Source: Solirubrobacteraceae bacterium (GTDB lineage: Bacteria; Actinomycetota; Thermoleophilia; Solirubrobacterales; Solirubrobacteraceae). From it: a DNA stretch of 64,000 bases. The first letter of the stretch is position 1. Every line of letters begins with the position of its first letter. The stretch is from contig DATAZX010000013.1 in the NCBI GenBank assembly GCA_036271815.1, forward strand, positions 16,545 through 80,544, written 5' to 3'. Made by a program: the position numbers and the translations under genes. The notes beneath the pieces are model-generated. The model was not told the origin of the DNA. It ran no database searches and worked only from the letters and a program-made list of their open reading frames with translations. This document shows positions 15,593-31,615 of this stretch, in pieces.

Positions 15593-17494
15593 ATGCGCAT
15601 CCTCCGTCCGCTCACACTCGCGACCGCCGCCCTCGTCGCGGCCATCGTCCTCGCCGCGATCGCGATCGCGGGCGCCGCGCCCGCCCAGGCGGCCGACGGC
15701 ATCACCCACGGGACGATCTACCACGACGGCCCGGACAACCGCTACCTGCTCGGCGGCGACTGGCTGTTTCGCCTCGACACGGCCGGCGTCGGGCTCACCC
15801 AGCACTTCCAGCGCCAGACCGCCGACGCCGGCTGGAAGAAGACGAGCGTGCCGAACGCGTGGAACGCCGGCGACAACTCGGTTGCCTCGATGCTCGGCAC
15901 CGTCGGCTGGTATCGCAAGGACTTCCACCTGCCCGACGCGAGCAGCCGGATGGACTGGCTCGTGCGCTTCGAGTCGGTCAACTACCGCTCGCAGGTGTGG
16001 CTGAACGGCACGCCGATCGGCCGCAACACCGGTGCCTACCTGCCGTTCACCCTGCGCTTCCCGGGCTCGGTCCTCAAGCGCAAGGGGCTCAACCACCTCG
16101 TCATCCGCGTCGACAACCGCCGCCTGCCGAGCGACTTCCCGCCGTCCGGCCTCACCGGCGAGGGCGACCCCGCGGGCGGCTGGTGGAACTACGGCGGCCT
16201 GCTGCGCGAGGTCTACCTGCAGCGCGTCGATCGCGTCGACATCTCGAGCCTGCTCGTGCGCCCCGACCTGCCCTGCACGACCTGCGCCTCGAAGGTGCTG
16301 ATGCAGGTCACGGTGCGCAACTACCAGCAGCATCCGGGCCGCGTGAGCATCGACGGCAGCTTCGGCGGCACGGCGGTGAGGCTCGGCACGAAGACGGTGT
16401 CCGCGCGGAGCTTCGCGACGTTCAAGGCATCGGTCCGCGTGGCGCATCCGCAGCTGTGGTCGCCCGCGTCGCCGCATCTGTACAAGGCGCGCTTCACCGT
16501 GCGACTCGCCGGCAAGAAGGTCGTCGGCTGGCACCTGCACAGCGGGATCCGCTCGATCAAGGTCGTCGGCGGGCACCTGCTGCTCAACGGCCGCCAGCTG
16601 CATCTGCGCGGCGTCGGCCTGCACGAGGACGACCTCGTCACCGGGGCCGCGATCACGAGCGCGCGCCGCAAGCAGATCGTCGCGCAGGCCAAGGAGCTCG
16701 GCGCGGACGTGATCCGCGCGCACTACCCGCTGCACCCCGAGCTGCAGGAGCTCGCCGACAGCAAGGGCCTGCTGATCTGGTCGGAGATCCCGGTCTACGC
16801 CGTCAAGACGCAGTACCTCAAGCGCCCCGAGGTCCGCAAGCTGGCCACGCGGATGCTCGAGGAGAACATCGTCGCCAACCAGAACCACCCGTCGATCATG
16901 CTGTGGTCGATCGGCAACGAGCTGTCGTCCAAGCCCGGTCCGGTGCAGGCGGCGTACATCTCGGCGGCAGCGCGCGAGGCGAAGGCGCTGGACCCGACGC
17001 GGCCGGTCGGGCTGGCGATCAACGGCTACCCGTCGGCCGGCTGCCGCCCGCAGTACGGGCCGCTCGATGTGATCGGCGTCAACGAGTACTTCGGCTGGTA
17101 TCCGGGTCCCAACGGCGAGATCGCCGACCGCGACAGCATGTCGGGCTACCTGGACTCCGTCCACGCGTGCTATCCGAACAAGGCGATCTTCATCTCCGAG
17201 TTCGGCGCCGAGGCCAACCGCGACGGGCCGGTCGAGGAGAAGGGCACGTACGCCTACCAGCAGGACTTCGTCAACTACCACCTCGGGGTGTACGCGACGA
17301 AGCCGTGGCTCAGCGGCGCGATCTACTGGGCGTTGCAGGAGTTTCGCGTGCGGCCCAACTGGGACGGCGGCAACCCGCATCCCGACTCGCCGATCCACGC
17401 GAAGGGCCTGCTGCACTTCGACGGCGAGAAGAAGCCCGCCTGGTTCGACGTGCAGCGCATCTACAAGGCGACCGACCAGCTCGGCGGCGGGTAG
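15593..17494 (+). CDS. secreted glycoside hydrolase family 2 (beta-glucuronidase/galactosidase-like)
   Basis: Signal peptide MRILRPLTLATAALVAA...APAQA. Sugar-binding domain (GWYRKDF, VNYRSQVWLNG), then a TIM barrel with NHPSIMLWSIGNE (acid/base) and ISEFGAEA (nucleophile). Confidence 0.85.
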   Translation: MRILRPLTLATAALVAAIVLAAIAIAGAAPAQAADGITHGTIYHDGPDNRYLLGGDWLFRLDTAGVGLTQHFQRQTADAGWKKTSVPNAWNAGDNSVASMLGTVGWYRKDFHLPDASSRMDWLVRFESVNYRSQVWLNGTPIGRNTGAYLPFTLRFPGSVLKRKGLNHLVIRVDNRRLPSDFPPSGLTGEGDPAGGWWNYGGLLREVYLQRVDRVDISSLLVRPDLPCTTCASKVLMQVTVRNYQQHPGRVSIDGSFGGTAVRLGTKTVSARSFATFKASVRVAHPQLWSPASPHLYKARFTVRLAGKKVVGWHLHSGIRSIKVVGGHLLLNGRQLHLRGVGLHEDDLVTGAAITSARRKQIVAQAKELGADVIRAHYPLHPELQELADSKGLLIWSEIPVYAVKTQYLKRPEVRKLATRMLEENIVANQNHPSIMLWSIGNELSSKPGPVQAAYISAAAREAKALDPTRPVGLAINGYPSAGCRPQYGPLDVIGVNEYFGWYPGPNGEIADRDSMSGYLDSVHACYPNKAIFISEFGAEANRDGPVEEKGTYAYQQDFVNYHLGVYATKPWLSGAIYWALQEFRVRPNWDGGNPHPDSPIHAKGLLHFDGEKKPAWFDVQRIYKATDQLGGG

Positions 17495-17539
17495 CGCACG
17501 CCGGCCGGCGGCCCCCGTTCGCTACCCTTCGCCGTCGCC

Positions 17540-18190
17540 ATGGCAACCCAGAGCACCAAACTTGCGATCTCACCGCGCACCCCCGAGGGGTCCCGCGCCA
17601 CCCGCCGTCTGCGTCGCAGCGGCCGCGTTCCCGGCGTCCTCTACGGCGGCGGCGACGAGCCGATCGCCTTCAGCGTGGACGCCCGCGAGCTGCGCATCGC
17701 GCTTGCCGCGAGCGGCGCCGTGCTCGAGGTCGTCGACGACGGCACGGCGATGCCCGCCGTCCTGAAGACCGCCCAGTACCACCCGGTCCGCGGCGAGACG
17801 ATGCACGTCGACCTGCTGCGCGTGAACCTGAACGTCGCGATCGCGGCGGTCGTCCCGCTCGAGCTCGTCGGCGGGGACGACTCCCCCGGCGTCAAGGACG
17901 GTGGCGTGCTCGAGCACATCACCCGCGAGCTGAACATCGAGGCGCTGCCGACCGAGATCCCCGAGTCGCTGAGCTACGACGTGTCCGGGATGCAGATCAA
18001 CGACACGATCACGCTCGCCGACGTGCCGGTGCCCGCGCACATCACGCTGCTCGACGATCTCGAGGACACCGTGATCGCGACGCTGTCGCCGCCGCGCGTC
18101 GACGCCGCCGCCGACGAGATCGAGTCCGAGACCGAGCGCGTCGGCGAGTCCGCCGCCGCGCCCTCCGCGGGCGACTCCGGCTCCGACTGA
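17540..18190 (+). CDS. rplY: 50S ribosomal protein L25 / general stress protein Ctc
   Basis: RRLRRSGRVPGVLYG..., with HPVRGETMHVDLLRV and the C-terminal Ctc extension. Confidence 0.9.
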   Translation: MATQSTKLAISPRTPEGSRATRRLRRSGRVPGVLYGGGDEPIAFSVDARELRIALAASGAVLEVVDDGTAMPAVLKTAQYHPVRGETMHVDLLRVNLNVAIAAVVPLELVGGDDSPGVKDGGVLEHITRELNIEALPTEIPESLSYDVSGMQINDTITLADVPVPAHITLLDDLEDTVIATLSPPRVDAAADEIESETERVGESAAAPSAGDSGSD

Positions 18191-18201
18191 AGGCAGCGCC
18201 C

Positions 18202-18786
18202 ATGCGGCTCTCCGGCCGCGGTGCGAGCGCCCCGGTCGACTGGCTCGTCGTCGGCCTCGGCAATCCCGGCTCGCGCTACGCGGGGACGCGCCACAACATC
18301 GGCTTCGAGGTCGCCGGCAGGCTCGCCGAGCGCTGGCAGCTGCCGCGTGCGAAGACGAAGTTCAACGGGCTGCTGTCGGAGGGCCGCACCGGGCCGGGCG
18401 GTCCGCGCGTCGCCGTGCTGCTGCCGCAGACCTACATGAACGACGCCGGCCGCTCCGCCGGGCCGGCACGCGGCGCCTACAAGCTCGCGCTCGAGCGGCT
18501 GCTCGTGCTGCACGACGAGATCGACCTGCCCTTCGGCGAGGTGCGCACGCGCGTCGGCGGCGGGCTCGCGGGCCACAACGGCCTCAAGTCGCTGAAGGCC
18601 GAGCTCGGCGGCGTCGACTTCGCGCGGGTGCGGATCGGCGTCGGGCGCCCCGACTCGACGGACCCCGAGATCGTCTCCGCCCACGTGCTCGGCGCCTTTC
18701 GCGAGCCGAAGGCCGACGTCGCCGACCTGATCGATCGCGCCACCTCCGCCGCCGAGGCGATCGTGCTCGGCGAGCGCGAGCCGTAG
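18202..18786 (+). CDS. pth: peptidyl-tRNA hydrolase
   Basis: LVVGLGNPGSRYAGTRHNIGF, MNDAGRS and GHNGLKS motifs. The start is set at the ATG at 18202 in the frame of track ORF 15574..18786. Confidence 0.9.
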   Translation: MRLSGRGASAPVDWLVVGLGNPGSRYAGTRHNIGFEVAGRLAERWQLPRAKTKFNGLLSEGRTGPGGPRVAVLLPQTYMNDAGRSAGPARGAYKLALERLLVLHDEIDLPFGEVRTRVGGGLAGHNGLKSLKAELGGVDFARVRIGVGRPDSTDPEIVSAHVLGAFREPKADVADLIDRATSAAEAIVLGEREP

Positions 18787-18970
18787 CCCGCAGGCGTTCG
18801 CGTCGCACCCGCAGGCGTTCGCGCCGCACCCGCCGGCGTCCGTCCGCGGGCACGGCGCCGGCCGCCGCCGGCGCCGGCGGCCTCGCGCACCTCGCGGGCG
18901 CCGGCGCGGTTGTGCGCGCGTCGCGGTCGCGGCTCTCCAGCGCGGGCCTCGTTCTGCCGATGAGCACCGC

Positions 18971-20749
18971 ATGGCCCTTCGCCGCCTCGCGCTCGTCGCC
19001 GTCGCAGTCGCCGGCGCCGCGCTGGCCTTCGCGGGTCCGGCGCAGGCCGTCGATCCTCCGTCGTGCGACGCCACGACGATCTGGGCGCGGCCGGGGATCG
19101 CGCACGTCCACGAGCTGTCGTGCTGGGGCGTGGACAGCGTCGAGCTCGCCTCGCCGCCGCAGCACGCGCGACTCGAGGGGCTCGTGCTGTCCTACGAGGT
19201 GAAGTTCCGGCTCACGCCCGACGCGTCGTCGCCCGAGGACGACGCGTTCACGCTGCACCTCACCGGCCAGGGCGGCACGACCGATCAGGTCATCCACATC
19301 GACACCGTCCCGCTGAGCCGCAACACGCCGCCGCATTGCTATCCCGTCAGCGTGGCGCAGCGCACGAGCGCCGCGACGCCCACGCTCGTCGGGTTCGAGG
19401 TCTCGTGCCTCGACGACGAGCACGACGACTTCACGATCTACGGCGGCGGACCGGGCACGCATCCGGACGCGCCGCTGTTCGACGACGGCCACCTCGGCAG
19501 CACCGTGGCCTGGCACTACCTGCCGACCATCGCGTCGGGCCAGGAGCAGACGACCTACTACGCCGTCGACGAGCTCGGCGCGCGCTCGGCGGACGCGCCG
19601 ATCAGCGTCGAGGTCGGTCCGGCGGTCGATCGCCGGCCGCTGTGCAGTCAGGACGGCTTCTTCCCCATCCCGTCGCTCGGGGTCCTCTCGCGGCCCGGAG
19701 CGACGCGCCACGTCGTCGTGTACTGCGGCGACGCCGATCGCGACCCGGTCGTGCCGCGGGTGGCGATCGCGCCGTCGCGCGGCGACCTGACCGCGTTCGA
19801 TGTCGGCCCGCTCCAGCAGCTCGCAGCCGGCAGCGGCGTGCGCATCGACGCGACGTATGTCCCGAGGACGCCGTTCGAGGGCAGCGACCAATTCGCCGTC
19901 GTCGCCGGCGGCCCGCGGGGCGACGGCTCGCCGCTCCCCGTCGAGGTCACGGCACGAGCGCTGCCGGCGAACGAGCCTGCGACCTGCTGGGCGAGCCCGG
20001 CCCACATCGGCGACGACCCCGAGGCCGACCTGACGGCGTCCTGCCGCGACGACGACGGCGACCCGATCACCGCCGCGCTCGTCACCGCGCCGGCCCACGG
20101 CCACGCCGCGGCGCCGGTCGTGCGACCCGACTACTTCGCCCCGGACCAGGACCTCTCGGTCGGCTACACGCCCGATCCCGGCTACGTCGGGCACGACGCG
20201 CTGACCGTGGCGATCAGCGACGCGAGCGGCGTGACGCAGACGCTCGAGCTGACGGTCACCACGGGCTGGACCACCGGCATCACCGCGCCGTACACGATCG
20301 GCGAGCCCTATGCGTGGCCCGAGCTCTCGTGGCCGAGCGGGCCGACGTGGCAGCCCTCGGTCGGCCAAGCGCTTCCCGTGACCCCGGTCGAGCAGGCGCG
20401 CCGGGCGCTCGGCACGCGTGCCGTGCGGCTCGTCGCCCGGGTCGGCGACGCCGGCGTGTACGCCCGGCGCGACGTGGTGAGAGCGTCGGCGCACACCCGC
20501 GCGCTCGCGGTGACGTGCCCCGTGCGCTGTGCCGTGACGTCGCGCAGCTCGGTCGCCGGACGCGGCGCGGGAGCCGTGCGGCACCGGGTGTCGCCGGGCC
20601 GGGCCGCCGCCCTGAGCCTTGCGCTGAGCTCCGCGCAGCGCGCGCGGGTGCGGCGCGCGGGCCATGCTCGGGTCCTGTTTCGCCTGACCGTCACGCGCAC
20701 CGGCGGCAAGCCGCGCCGCGCGACCGTGCGCGTCGCGCTGCGCGGCTGA
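18971..20749 (+). CDS. secreted hypothetical protein with repeated Cys-containing Ig-like modules and a basic C-terminal domain
   Basis: Signal peptide MALRRLALVAVAVAGAALAFAGPAQA. At least three similar modules follow (C...DDE/DD..D.. patterns). The C-terminal ~130 aa are Arg-rich. Confidence 0.65.
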   Translation: MALRRLALVAVAVAGAALAFAGPAQAVDPPSCDATTIWARPGIAHVHELSCWGVDSVELASPPQHARLEGLVLSYEVKFRLTPDASSPEDDAFTLHLTGQGGTTDQVIHIDTVPLSRNTPPHCYPVSVAQRTSAATPTLVGFEVSCLDDEHDDFTIYGGGPGTHPDAPLFDDGHLGSTVAWHYLPTIASGQEQTTYYAVDELGARSADAPISVEVGPAVDRRPLCSQDGFFPIPSLGVLSRPGATRHVVVYCGDADRDPVVPRVAIAPSRGDLTAFDVGPLQQLAAGSGVRIDATYVPRTPFEGSDQFAVVAGGPRGDGSPLPVEVTARALPANEPATCWASPAHIGDDPEADLTASCRDDDGDPITAALVTAPAHGHAAAPVVRPDYFAPDQDLSVGYTPDPGYVGHDALTVAISDASGVTQTLELTVTTGWTTGITAPYTIGEPYAWPELSWPSGPTWQPSVGQALPVTPVEQARRALGTRAVRLVARVGDAGVYARRDVVRASAHTRALAVTCPVRCAVTSRSSVAGRGAGAVRHRVSPGRAAALSLALSSAQRARVRRAGHARVLFRLTVTRTGGKPRRATVRVALRG

Positions 20750-20967
20750 TCGCGGCGACGCTCGCCGGTCGGCGCAGGACCGCGCCGCGCCGGCCGCGCT
20801 CGAGCCGGCCACCCCCGCGACCGCCCGCGCCAGGCCGTCGCCGGGCGTTCGCGGGCGCCGCAGCCGGCGACCGCCCGGTCGCCCGCCCGGGCGACCGGCC
20901 GGCCGACCCCGCGACCTAGACTCAGGAGCACCGGCCGCGCCCGTGCGCGGTCGCGCCGCGTGTACCG

Positions 20968-24387
<3,420 letters not shown>

Positions 24388-25524
24388 GCGGCGGCACCCG
24401 ATATCGAGGAACAGCGCGTTGGCGCGCGAACGTGGCTATGATCGCCGCGTTGTGAACCGAACTCTTCGTCTGCTCCCGGCGCTTGGCGCCTTTTTTGTGC
24501 TCGCGATCGCCGTCGCCGCGTGCGGCGACTCCGTGCCCGGCAATGCCGTGGCGCGCGTCGGTGATGCCACCATCACCAAGGCCCAGTTCAACCGCTGGTT
24601 CGCGATCGCGGACTCGAGCAACCCGGCGGCACCCGGCACGAAGGCGACGTACGACCCGCCGAGCTACACGGCGTGCATCGCGAACAAGCGCAAGACGGCG
24701 CCGAAGCCCGCCAAGGGCCAGCCGGCGACGACCGACGCGACGTACAAGACGCAGTGCGGCCAGGAGTACACGAGCCTTCGCGATCAGGTGCTGCAGTTCC
24801 TGATCCTCGAGAAGTGGGTCGCGGGCGAGTCCAAGGACGAGGGGCTCAAGGTCTCCGACAAGGCCAACGAGGCGGCGTACGTGAAGGCCAAGAAGGAGGC
24901 GTTCCCGACGGATGCGGACTTCACGAAGTTCCTCCAGCAGTCGGGCATGACCGTCACCGACGCTCGCTTCCAGGTCGCGTTCAACACCGTGTACACGGCG
25001 CTGCGCGAGAAGGCCGTCAAGCGTGCGCAGAAGGTGACGACCGCGGGGATCGCCGCGTACTACAAGAAGAACAAGGCTCGCTTCGCGACGCCGCAGACGC
25101 GCGACGTGCGCGTCGTGCTCGCCAAGACCGAGGCCAAGGCGAAGGCCGCGCTGAACGCGCTGAAGTCGGGTCAGAGCTTCAAGACGGTGGCGAAGAAGTA
25201 CTCGATCGACCAGGCATCCAAGGCGACCGGCGGCGTCCTGTCGGGCGTGGCGAAGGGCTCGCAGGAGAAGCCCTTCGACACGGCGCTGTTCGCCGCTCCG
25301 AAGGGCAAGCTGACCGGGCCGGTCAAGGTCCAGTTCGGCTACTACGTCTTCAAGGTCCAGAAGATCACGCCCGCCTCGCAGCAGACGCTGAAGCAGTCCA
25401 GCGCCGCGATCCGCCAGCAGCTCACCGGCCAGTACCAGAAGGCGGCCGACGACAAGTTCAACGCCGACCTGCGCAAGAAGTGGAAGGCGAAGACGAACTG
25501 CCGCAGCGGCTTCGTCATGGACCA

Positions 25525-27545
<2,021 letters not shown>

Positions 27546-27744
27546 ATCGTCCCACGCGCGTCGCGCCGGCGGGCCTTGCTCGGCCGGCGTCGCGTTGGGG
27601 ACGTCGCGTCGGTGGCCGTCGCGTCGGCGGGCCGGCTCGGGCCGGCCCCTTCGGTGCCGGACGTCAGATCGCGGACATCGGGGCGGCGGGAAATGATCGC
27701 GTGCACGTGCAGGAGCGGCACGCCGCGGGGCGAACGGGTCTCGG

Positions 27745-28044
27745 ATGGCGGACACCACTCCACGCGTGCGCTGGGACAGGATCGGGCGCATGGCGCTGCT
27801 GCTCGTGGGCCTGCTGCTGATGTACCTGTACGTCAACCCGCTGCGCACGTACGTCGCGACGCTGCATGAGGAGCACGGCAAGAACGCGACCGTCGCCGAG
27901 CTGCAGCGCGAGCACCGTGCGCTGCAGCGACGCGACAGCGCACTGCGCCGGCCCGGCAGCGTCGAGCTCGAGGCGCGCCGGCTCGGCATGGTGCGCCCGA
28001 CCGAGCGCGCCTACGTCGTCAAGGGCCTGCCGCACGGCGACTGA
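27745..28044 (+). CDS. ftsB: septum formation initiator (FtsB/DivIC family)
   Basis: Single TM helix (MALLLVGLLLMYLYV) plus a coiled coil and ...EARRLGMVRPTERAYVV. Conserved position after eno. Confidence 0.8.
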   Translation: MADTTPRVRWDRIGRMALLLVGLLLMYLYVNPLRTYVATLHEEHGKNATVAELQREHRALQRRDSALRRPGSVELEARRLGMVRPTERAYVVKGLPHGD

Positions 28045-28059
28045 TCCGCGTGCCGGGCG

Positions 28060-28404
28060 GTGGGTAGCCTGGCGAGCGTGGCGACGAGCTTCGAGACAGC
28101 GCTGCTGCAGTGGCGCGAGGGCGAGCGCCGCATGGCCGGAGCCCCGCCGGACCAGCGACCGGCCCTGGAGGCCGTGGTGAGCGCGATCGAGGCCGAGCTG
28201 CGCCGGCGGCTCGGCGGCACGTTCACGACCGACGAGCTCGCCGAGCTGTACGACCGCGGCACCGACTGGTGCACCGATCTCGCGGCCGACCTCGCGCCGC
28301 GGGCGCCGTGGGCATGGGATGCCCGCACGGTCGCCGACGCGGCCTTCCTGCGCTACCTGCGCGACGCTCGGGACTTTGCCGGCGGCCGCCGGACCGAGCC
28401 CTGA
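28060..28404 (+). CDS. hypothetical protein (114 aa)
   Basis: Protein-like composition and a GTG start. No recognised motif. Confidence 0.45.
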   Translation: MGSLASVATSFETALLQWREGERRMAGAPPDQRPALEAVVSAIEAELRRRLGGTFTTDELAELYDRGTDWCTDLAADLAPRAPWAWDARTVADAAFLRYLRDARDFAGGRRTEP

Positions 28405-28542
28405 CGGCGGACGCCGATCGCCCCCAGGCGGCGTCCTCGGATCTCGGAGGGCCGGCGCACTCCGTCGATCCTGCGTCCCCTGCCTGGTGGCGGCGGCCCG
28501 GGGCGGGCCGATCACGCGCCGGCGCCCCAGGGCGCCGGGATC

Positions 28543-29127
28543 TCAGCCGTCGTCGCTGCCGCTGCGGCGGATGACGATCTGGTCCTCTTCGATCGTCACC
28601 TCGACGGGCCGGTGGCCGGCCCAGTGCTCTGCGTAGATCGGGTTGTCGGCGATCGCGGGGTCCAGCCACAGCCCGTAGCCGTCCTCGCCGTGGTCGAACG
28701 TGGCCTCGAGCGCGGTCGTGCCCGTACGTGCGCCGGCACGCCCGCGTCCTCCGCGGCGCCCGCGGCGTCGCGGCGTGGTCCTCGCGGGGGCATCGGGGTC
28801 GGCGTCGTCGTCCTCGCCGGCCTCGGCACGGCGGGCGTCCTCCTCGGCCTTGATGCGGTCCTCCTCGACCTTGCGCGCCTCGGCCTCCTCGAGCTCGGCC
28901 GCGACCTTCGCGTCGTCTTCGGCGCGCAGGTCGATCTCGTCGTCGAAGTCGATGCCCGGTGCGTCGCCGTTCTCGGCCTCGGCGGGCGTCAGCTCGTTGT
29001 CGCGCTTGAACGTCTCGATCTGCTGGACGGTCGCCTCGAGCTGGTGGGCGATCCAGGCGTCGGTACGGCCCTGGCGGACCCAGCCGCGGATTTGATTGAG
29101 ATGTGGGCGCAGAGATCGGCGAGCCAT
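28543..29127 (-). CDS. hypothetical protein with an HTH-like N-terminus, an acidic/Arg-rich disordered centre and a small C-terminal domain
   Basis: [44 protein letters not shown]..., then an EEDxxAEE low-complexity segment, then ...[38 protein letters not shown]. Confidence 0.6.
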   Translation of the reverse strand: MARRSLRPHLNQIRGWVRQGRTDAWIAHQLEATVQQIETFKRDNELTPAEAENGDAPGIDFDDEIDLRAEDDAKVAAELEEAEARKVEEDRIKAEEDARRAEAGEDDDADPDAPARTTPRRRGRRGGRGRAGARTGTTALEATFDHGEDGYGLWLDPAIADNPIYAEHWAGHRPVEVTIEEDQIVIRRSGSDDG

Positions 29128-29262
29128 GGGCGCGAGACCTTACAAGAAGCGCCAGCCGACCACTTGGCACGTGTCTGCGTATTGTCGAGCCTCCGCGCGC
29201 GCTGTTGCCTTTGCGCGGGAGACGTGATTGAGTGGCCTCGGCGACAAGGAGGGTGGCCGTAC

Positions 29263-29484
29263 ATGCTGGTACTGACACGCAAGTCCAACCAAAGCATCAT
29301 GATCGGCGACGAGATCGAGATCACCGTCTTGTCGATCATGGGCGAGAAGGTGCGCATCGGCATCCAGGCACCGCGGGACATCCCCGTCTTCCGCAAGGAG
29401 GTCTACCTGGAGATCCAGGCGGAGCGCGGGACCGTCAGCGCCAGCGACCAGGTCGAAGCCGCGCTCGGCAAGCTCAGCTCGTAG
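29263..29484 (+). CDS. csrA: carbon storage regulator CsrA
   Basis: [48 protein letters not shown] is a near-textbook CsrA. Its SD lies inside ACAAGGAGG (29244-29252), which resembles the CsrA-binding consensus ACARGGAUG. Confidence 0.9.
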   Translation: MLVLTRKSNQSIMIGDEIEITVLSIMGEKVRIGIQAPRDIPVFRKEVYLEIQAERGTVSASDQVEAALGKLSS

Positions 29485-29528
29485 CGGCGCGGACCCTTCG
29501 CGCGCTGCTCGTCGGCCCGGACGGGCGC

Positions 29529-29774
29529 TCAGCCCATCACGACGTACAGCGTCTGGAACATCGCGACGGTCACGATGACCGCGGTCGCGATGAGCACCAG
29601 CACGAGGACGATGAACCGTGCGGTGCCGCGCTTGTGCGTCTGCTCGAGCCTGCGCTGCTGAGCGCGCAGGACGGCCCGGCGACGCAGCGACTCCCGGCGG
29701 ACCCGGTCGTCGTGGGTCTCCTCGTGGAATGCCCGCTCGAACTCGTCGAGAGACTGACGCATGCGCGTTGCCAT
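29529..29774 (-). CDS. small tail-anchored membrane protein (81 aa)
   Basis: Charged helical N-terminus plus a C-terminal TM helix FIVLVLVLIATAVIVTVAMF. Confidence 0.5.
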   Translation of the reverse strand: MATRMRQSLDEFERAFHEETHDDRVRRESLRRRAVLRAQQRRLEQTHKRGTARFIVLVLVLIATAVIVTVAMFQTLYVVMG

Positions 29775-29878
29775 TCGTTACGGAGCCTAGCCCACTTCGG
29801 CGCGGCTGTGGGAGCCGGCGCGCCCGCGACGAGAAGGTCGCCCGCCCGCCCGCTCCGGTCCGCGAGCCGCACGACGCG

Positions 29879-30385
29879 CTACGCCGAGCACGCGCTCCAG
29901 AGGCCGCGTCCGGCGATGCTCGCCGTGCGGGCGAGACGTGCGAAGCGCTCCGCGTAGCGGGTGTTGGGGGCGATCGGCAGCGGCCGCGCGTAGCCGCGGG
30001 CGACGAGCTGCTCGTTGAAGGACCTCCCGTCCGGCAGGACGAGGTACACGAGCGCGCGGCCGTAGCGATCGCGCGACTCGGCGCCGATCTCGTAGCGCAC
30101 GCGCAGGCCGGTCAGCGTGCGCTTCGTGAACGCCGACGCCTGCGGTCCGAAGCAGTCGCGATGGCCGAAGACCTCCGGCGTGTCGACACCGATGAAGCGG
30201 CTGCGCCCCAGCGTCGAGAGGATCGCCGTGTCGCCGTCGACGACGCGCGTCACGAGCGCCTCGCCCGTCGCGCCGCCGGTCACCGGCGACGCGTCGCGGT
30301 CGCCGCCGCGACGCGGCAGGCCGGTGGCACCCGCGACGGCGGCGACCACGCACAGGCCGCTGACGAGGAGCGATCGCTTGGACAT
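29879..30385 (-). CDS. secreted thermonuclease (staphylococcal nuclease homologue)
   Basis: Signal-like N-terminus, then VVDGDT...IGVDTPE...RYGRALVYL...NEQLVARGYA. Confidence 0.85.
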   Translation of the reverse strand: MSKRSLLVSGLCVVAAVAGATGLPRRGGDRDASPVTGGATGEALVTRVVDGDTAILSTLGRSRFIGVDTPEVFGHRDCFGPQASAFTKRTLTGLRVRYEIGAESRDRYGRALVYLVLPDGRSFNEQLVARGYARPLPIAPNTRYAERFARLARTASIAGRGLWSACSA

Positions 30386-30469
30386 GCCGGCGACGCTACG
30401 CCGTCAACGCCGGCGGACCCCGCTTCTGCGCAGATCCGGCACGAGATCACGCGCCTTCCTGCGCGAACG

Positions 30470-31546
30470 TCACGCGATCGTGACGTCCGGCGAGAGGTAG
30501 ACGTCCTGGATCGCGTGCAGCAGCGCGATGCCGTCCTCGAGCGGGCGCTGGAACGCCTTGCGGCCGGAGATCAGCCCGAGGCCGCCCGCACGCTTGTTGA
30601 TCACCGCGGTCCGGACCGCCTCCGCGAGGTCGCCGTCGCCCGACGACGCCCCGCCCGAGTTGATGAGCGGGACGCGGCCCATGTAGCAGTTGGCGAGCTG
30701 GTAGCGCGTGAGGTCGATCGGGTGGTCGGTCGTGAGCTTGTCGTAGACGAGCTTGGAGGTCTTGCCGTACGAGCCGCCGAGCTTGCGCGCGACCGCCGCA
30801 TAGCCGCCGTTACGGTCCGGCAGCTTCTGCTTGATGATGTCCGCCTCGATCGTCACGCCGAGGTGGTTGGCCTGGCCCGTGAGGTCGGCGGCGGCGTGGT
30901 AGTCGACGCCGTCGACGACGAAGTCCGGGTTGCGCAGATAGCACCACAGCACGGTGAACATGCCGCGACGGTGGGCGTCCTCGAAGGCGCGTGCGACCTC
31001 GACGATCTGGCGATCGGCCTCGGCCGAGCCGAAGTAGATCGTCGCGCCGACACCGGCCGCCCCGAGCTCGTGCGCGCGCTGCACCGACGAGAACATGATC
31101 TGGTCGAAGCTGTTGGGCGCCGTCAGCAGCTCGTTGTGGTTGAGCTTGACGATGAGCGGAAAGCGGTGCGCGAAGCGGCGGCTGACCGAGCCGAGCACCC
31201 CGAGCGTCGACGCGAGCGCGTTGCAGCCGCCCTCGATCGCGAGGCGCACGAGGTTGCCGGGATCGAAGTAGATCGGGTTCGCAGCGAAGCTCGCGGCGGC
31301 CGAGTGCTCGATCCCCTGGTCGACCGGCAGGATGCTGACGTGGCCGGTCCCGGCGAGTCGCCCGGACGCAAGCAGCCACTGCAGGTTGCGCAGCACGTTC
31401 GTCGAGCGATCGGAGTCCAGCAGCACGCGATCGACGAAGCCCGGGCCGGGGAGGTGCAGGTCCGCGGCCGCGATCGTCTCGCAGCGGTGGGTGAGCAGAT
31501 CCCGCGCGTCCGCGCCGAGCAGCTCCTCGAGACGGGCGGTGGACAT
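30470..31546 (-). CDS. fbaB: class I fructose-bisphosphate aldolase (DhnA/FbaB-type)
   Basis: [10 protein letters not shown]..., PLIVKLNH (Schiff-base Lys region) and ...[11 protein letters not shown]. The start is set at the ATG at 31546; the rest of track ORF 30470..32698 is the shadow of the + gene. Confidence 0.85.
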   Translation of the reverse strand: MSTARLEELLGADARDLLTHRCETIAAADLHLPGPGFVDRVLLDSDRSTNVLRNLQWLLASGRLAGTGHVSILPVDQGIEHSAAASFAANPIYFDPGNLVRLAIEGGCNALASTLGVLGSVSRRFAHRFPLIVKLNHNELLTAPNSFDQIMFSSVQRAHELGAAGVGATIYFGSAEADRQIVEVARAFEDAHRRGMFTVLWCYLRNPDFVVDGVDYHAAADLTGQANHLGVTIEADIIKQKLPDRNGGYAAVARKLGGSYGKTSKLVYDKLTTDHPIDLTRYQLANCYMGRVPLINSGGASSGDGDLAEAVRTAVINKRAGGLGLISGRKAFQRPLEDGIALLHAIQDVYLSPDVTIA

Positions 31547-31615
31547 CTCGGCTGTCGCCACGATGGGTCCCTTCGTCGCTTCTAGAACGTGGCACGGAGG
31601 GTACGCTCCCGCCGA

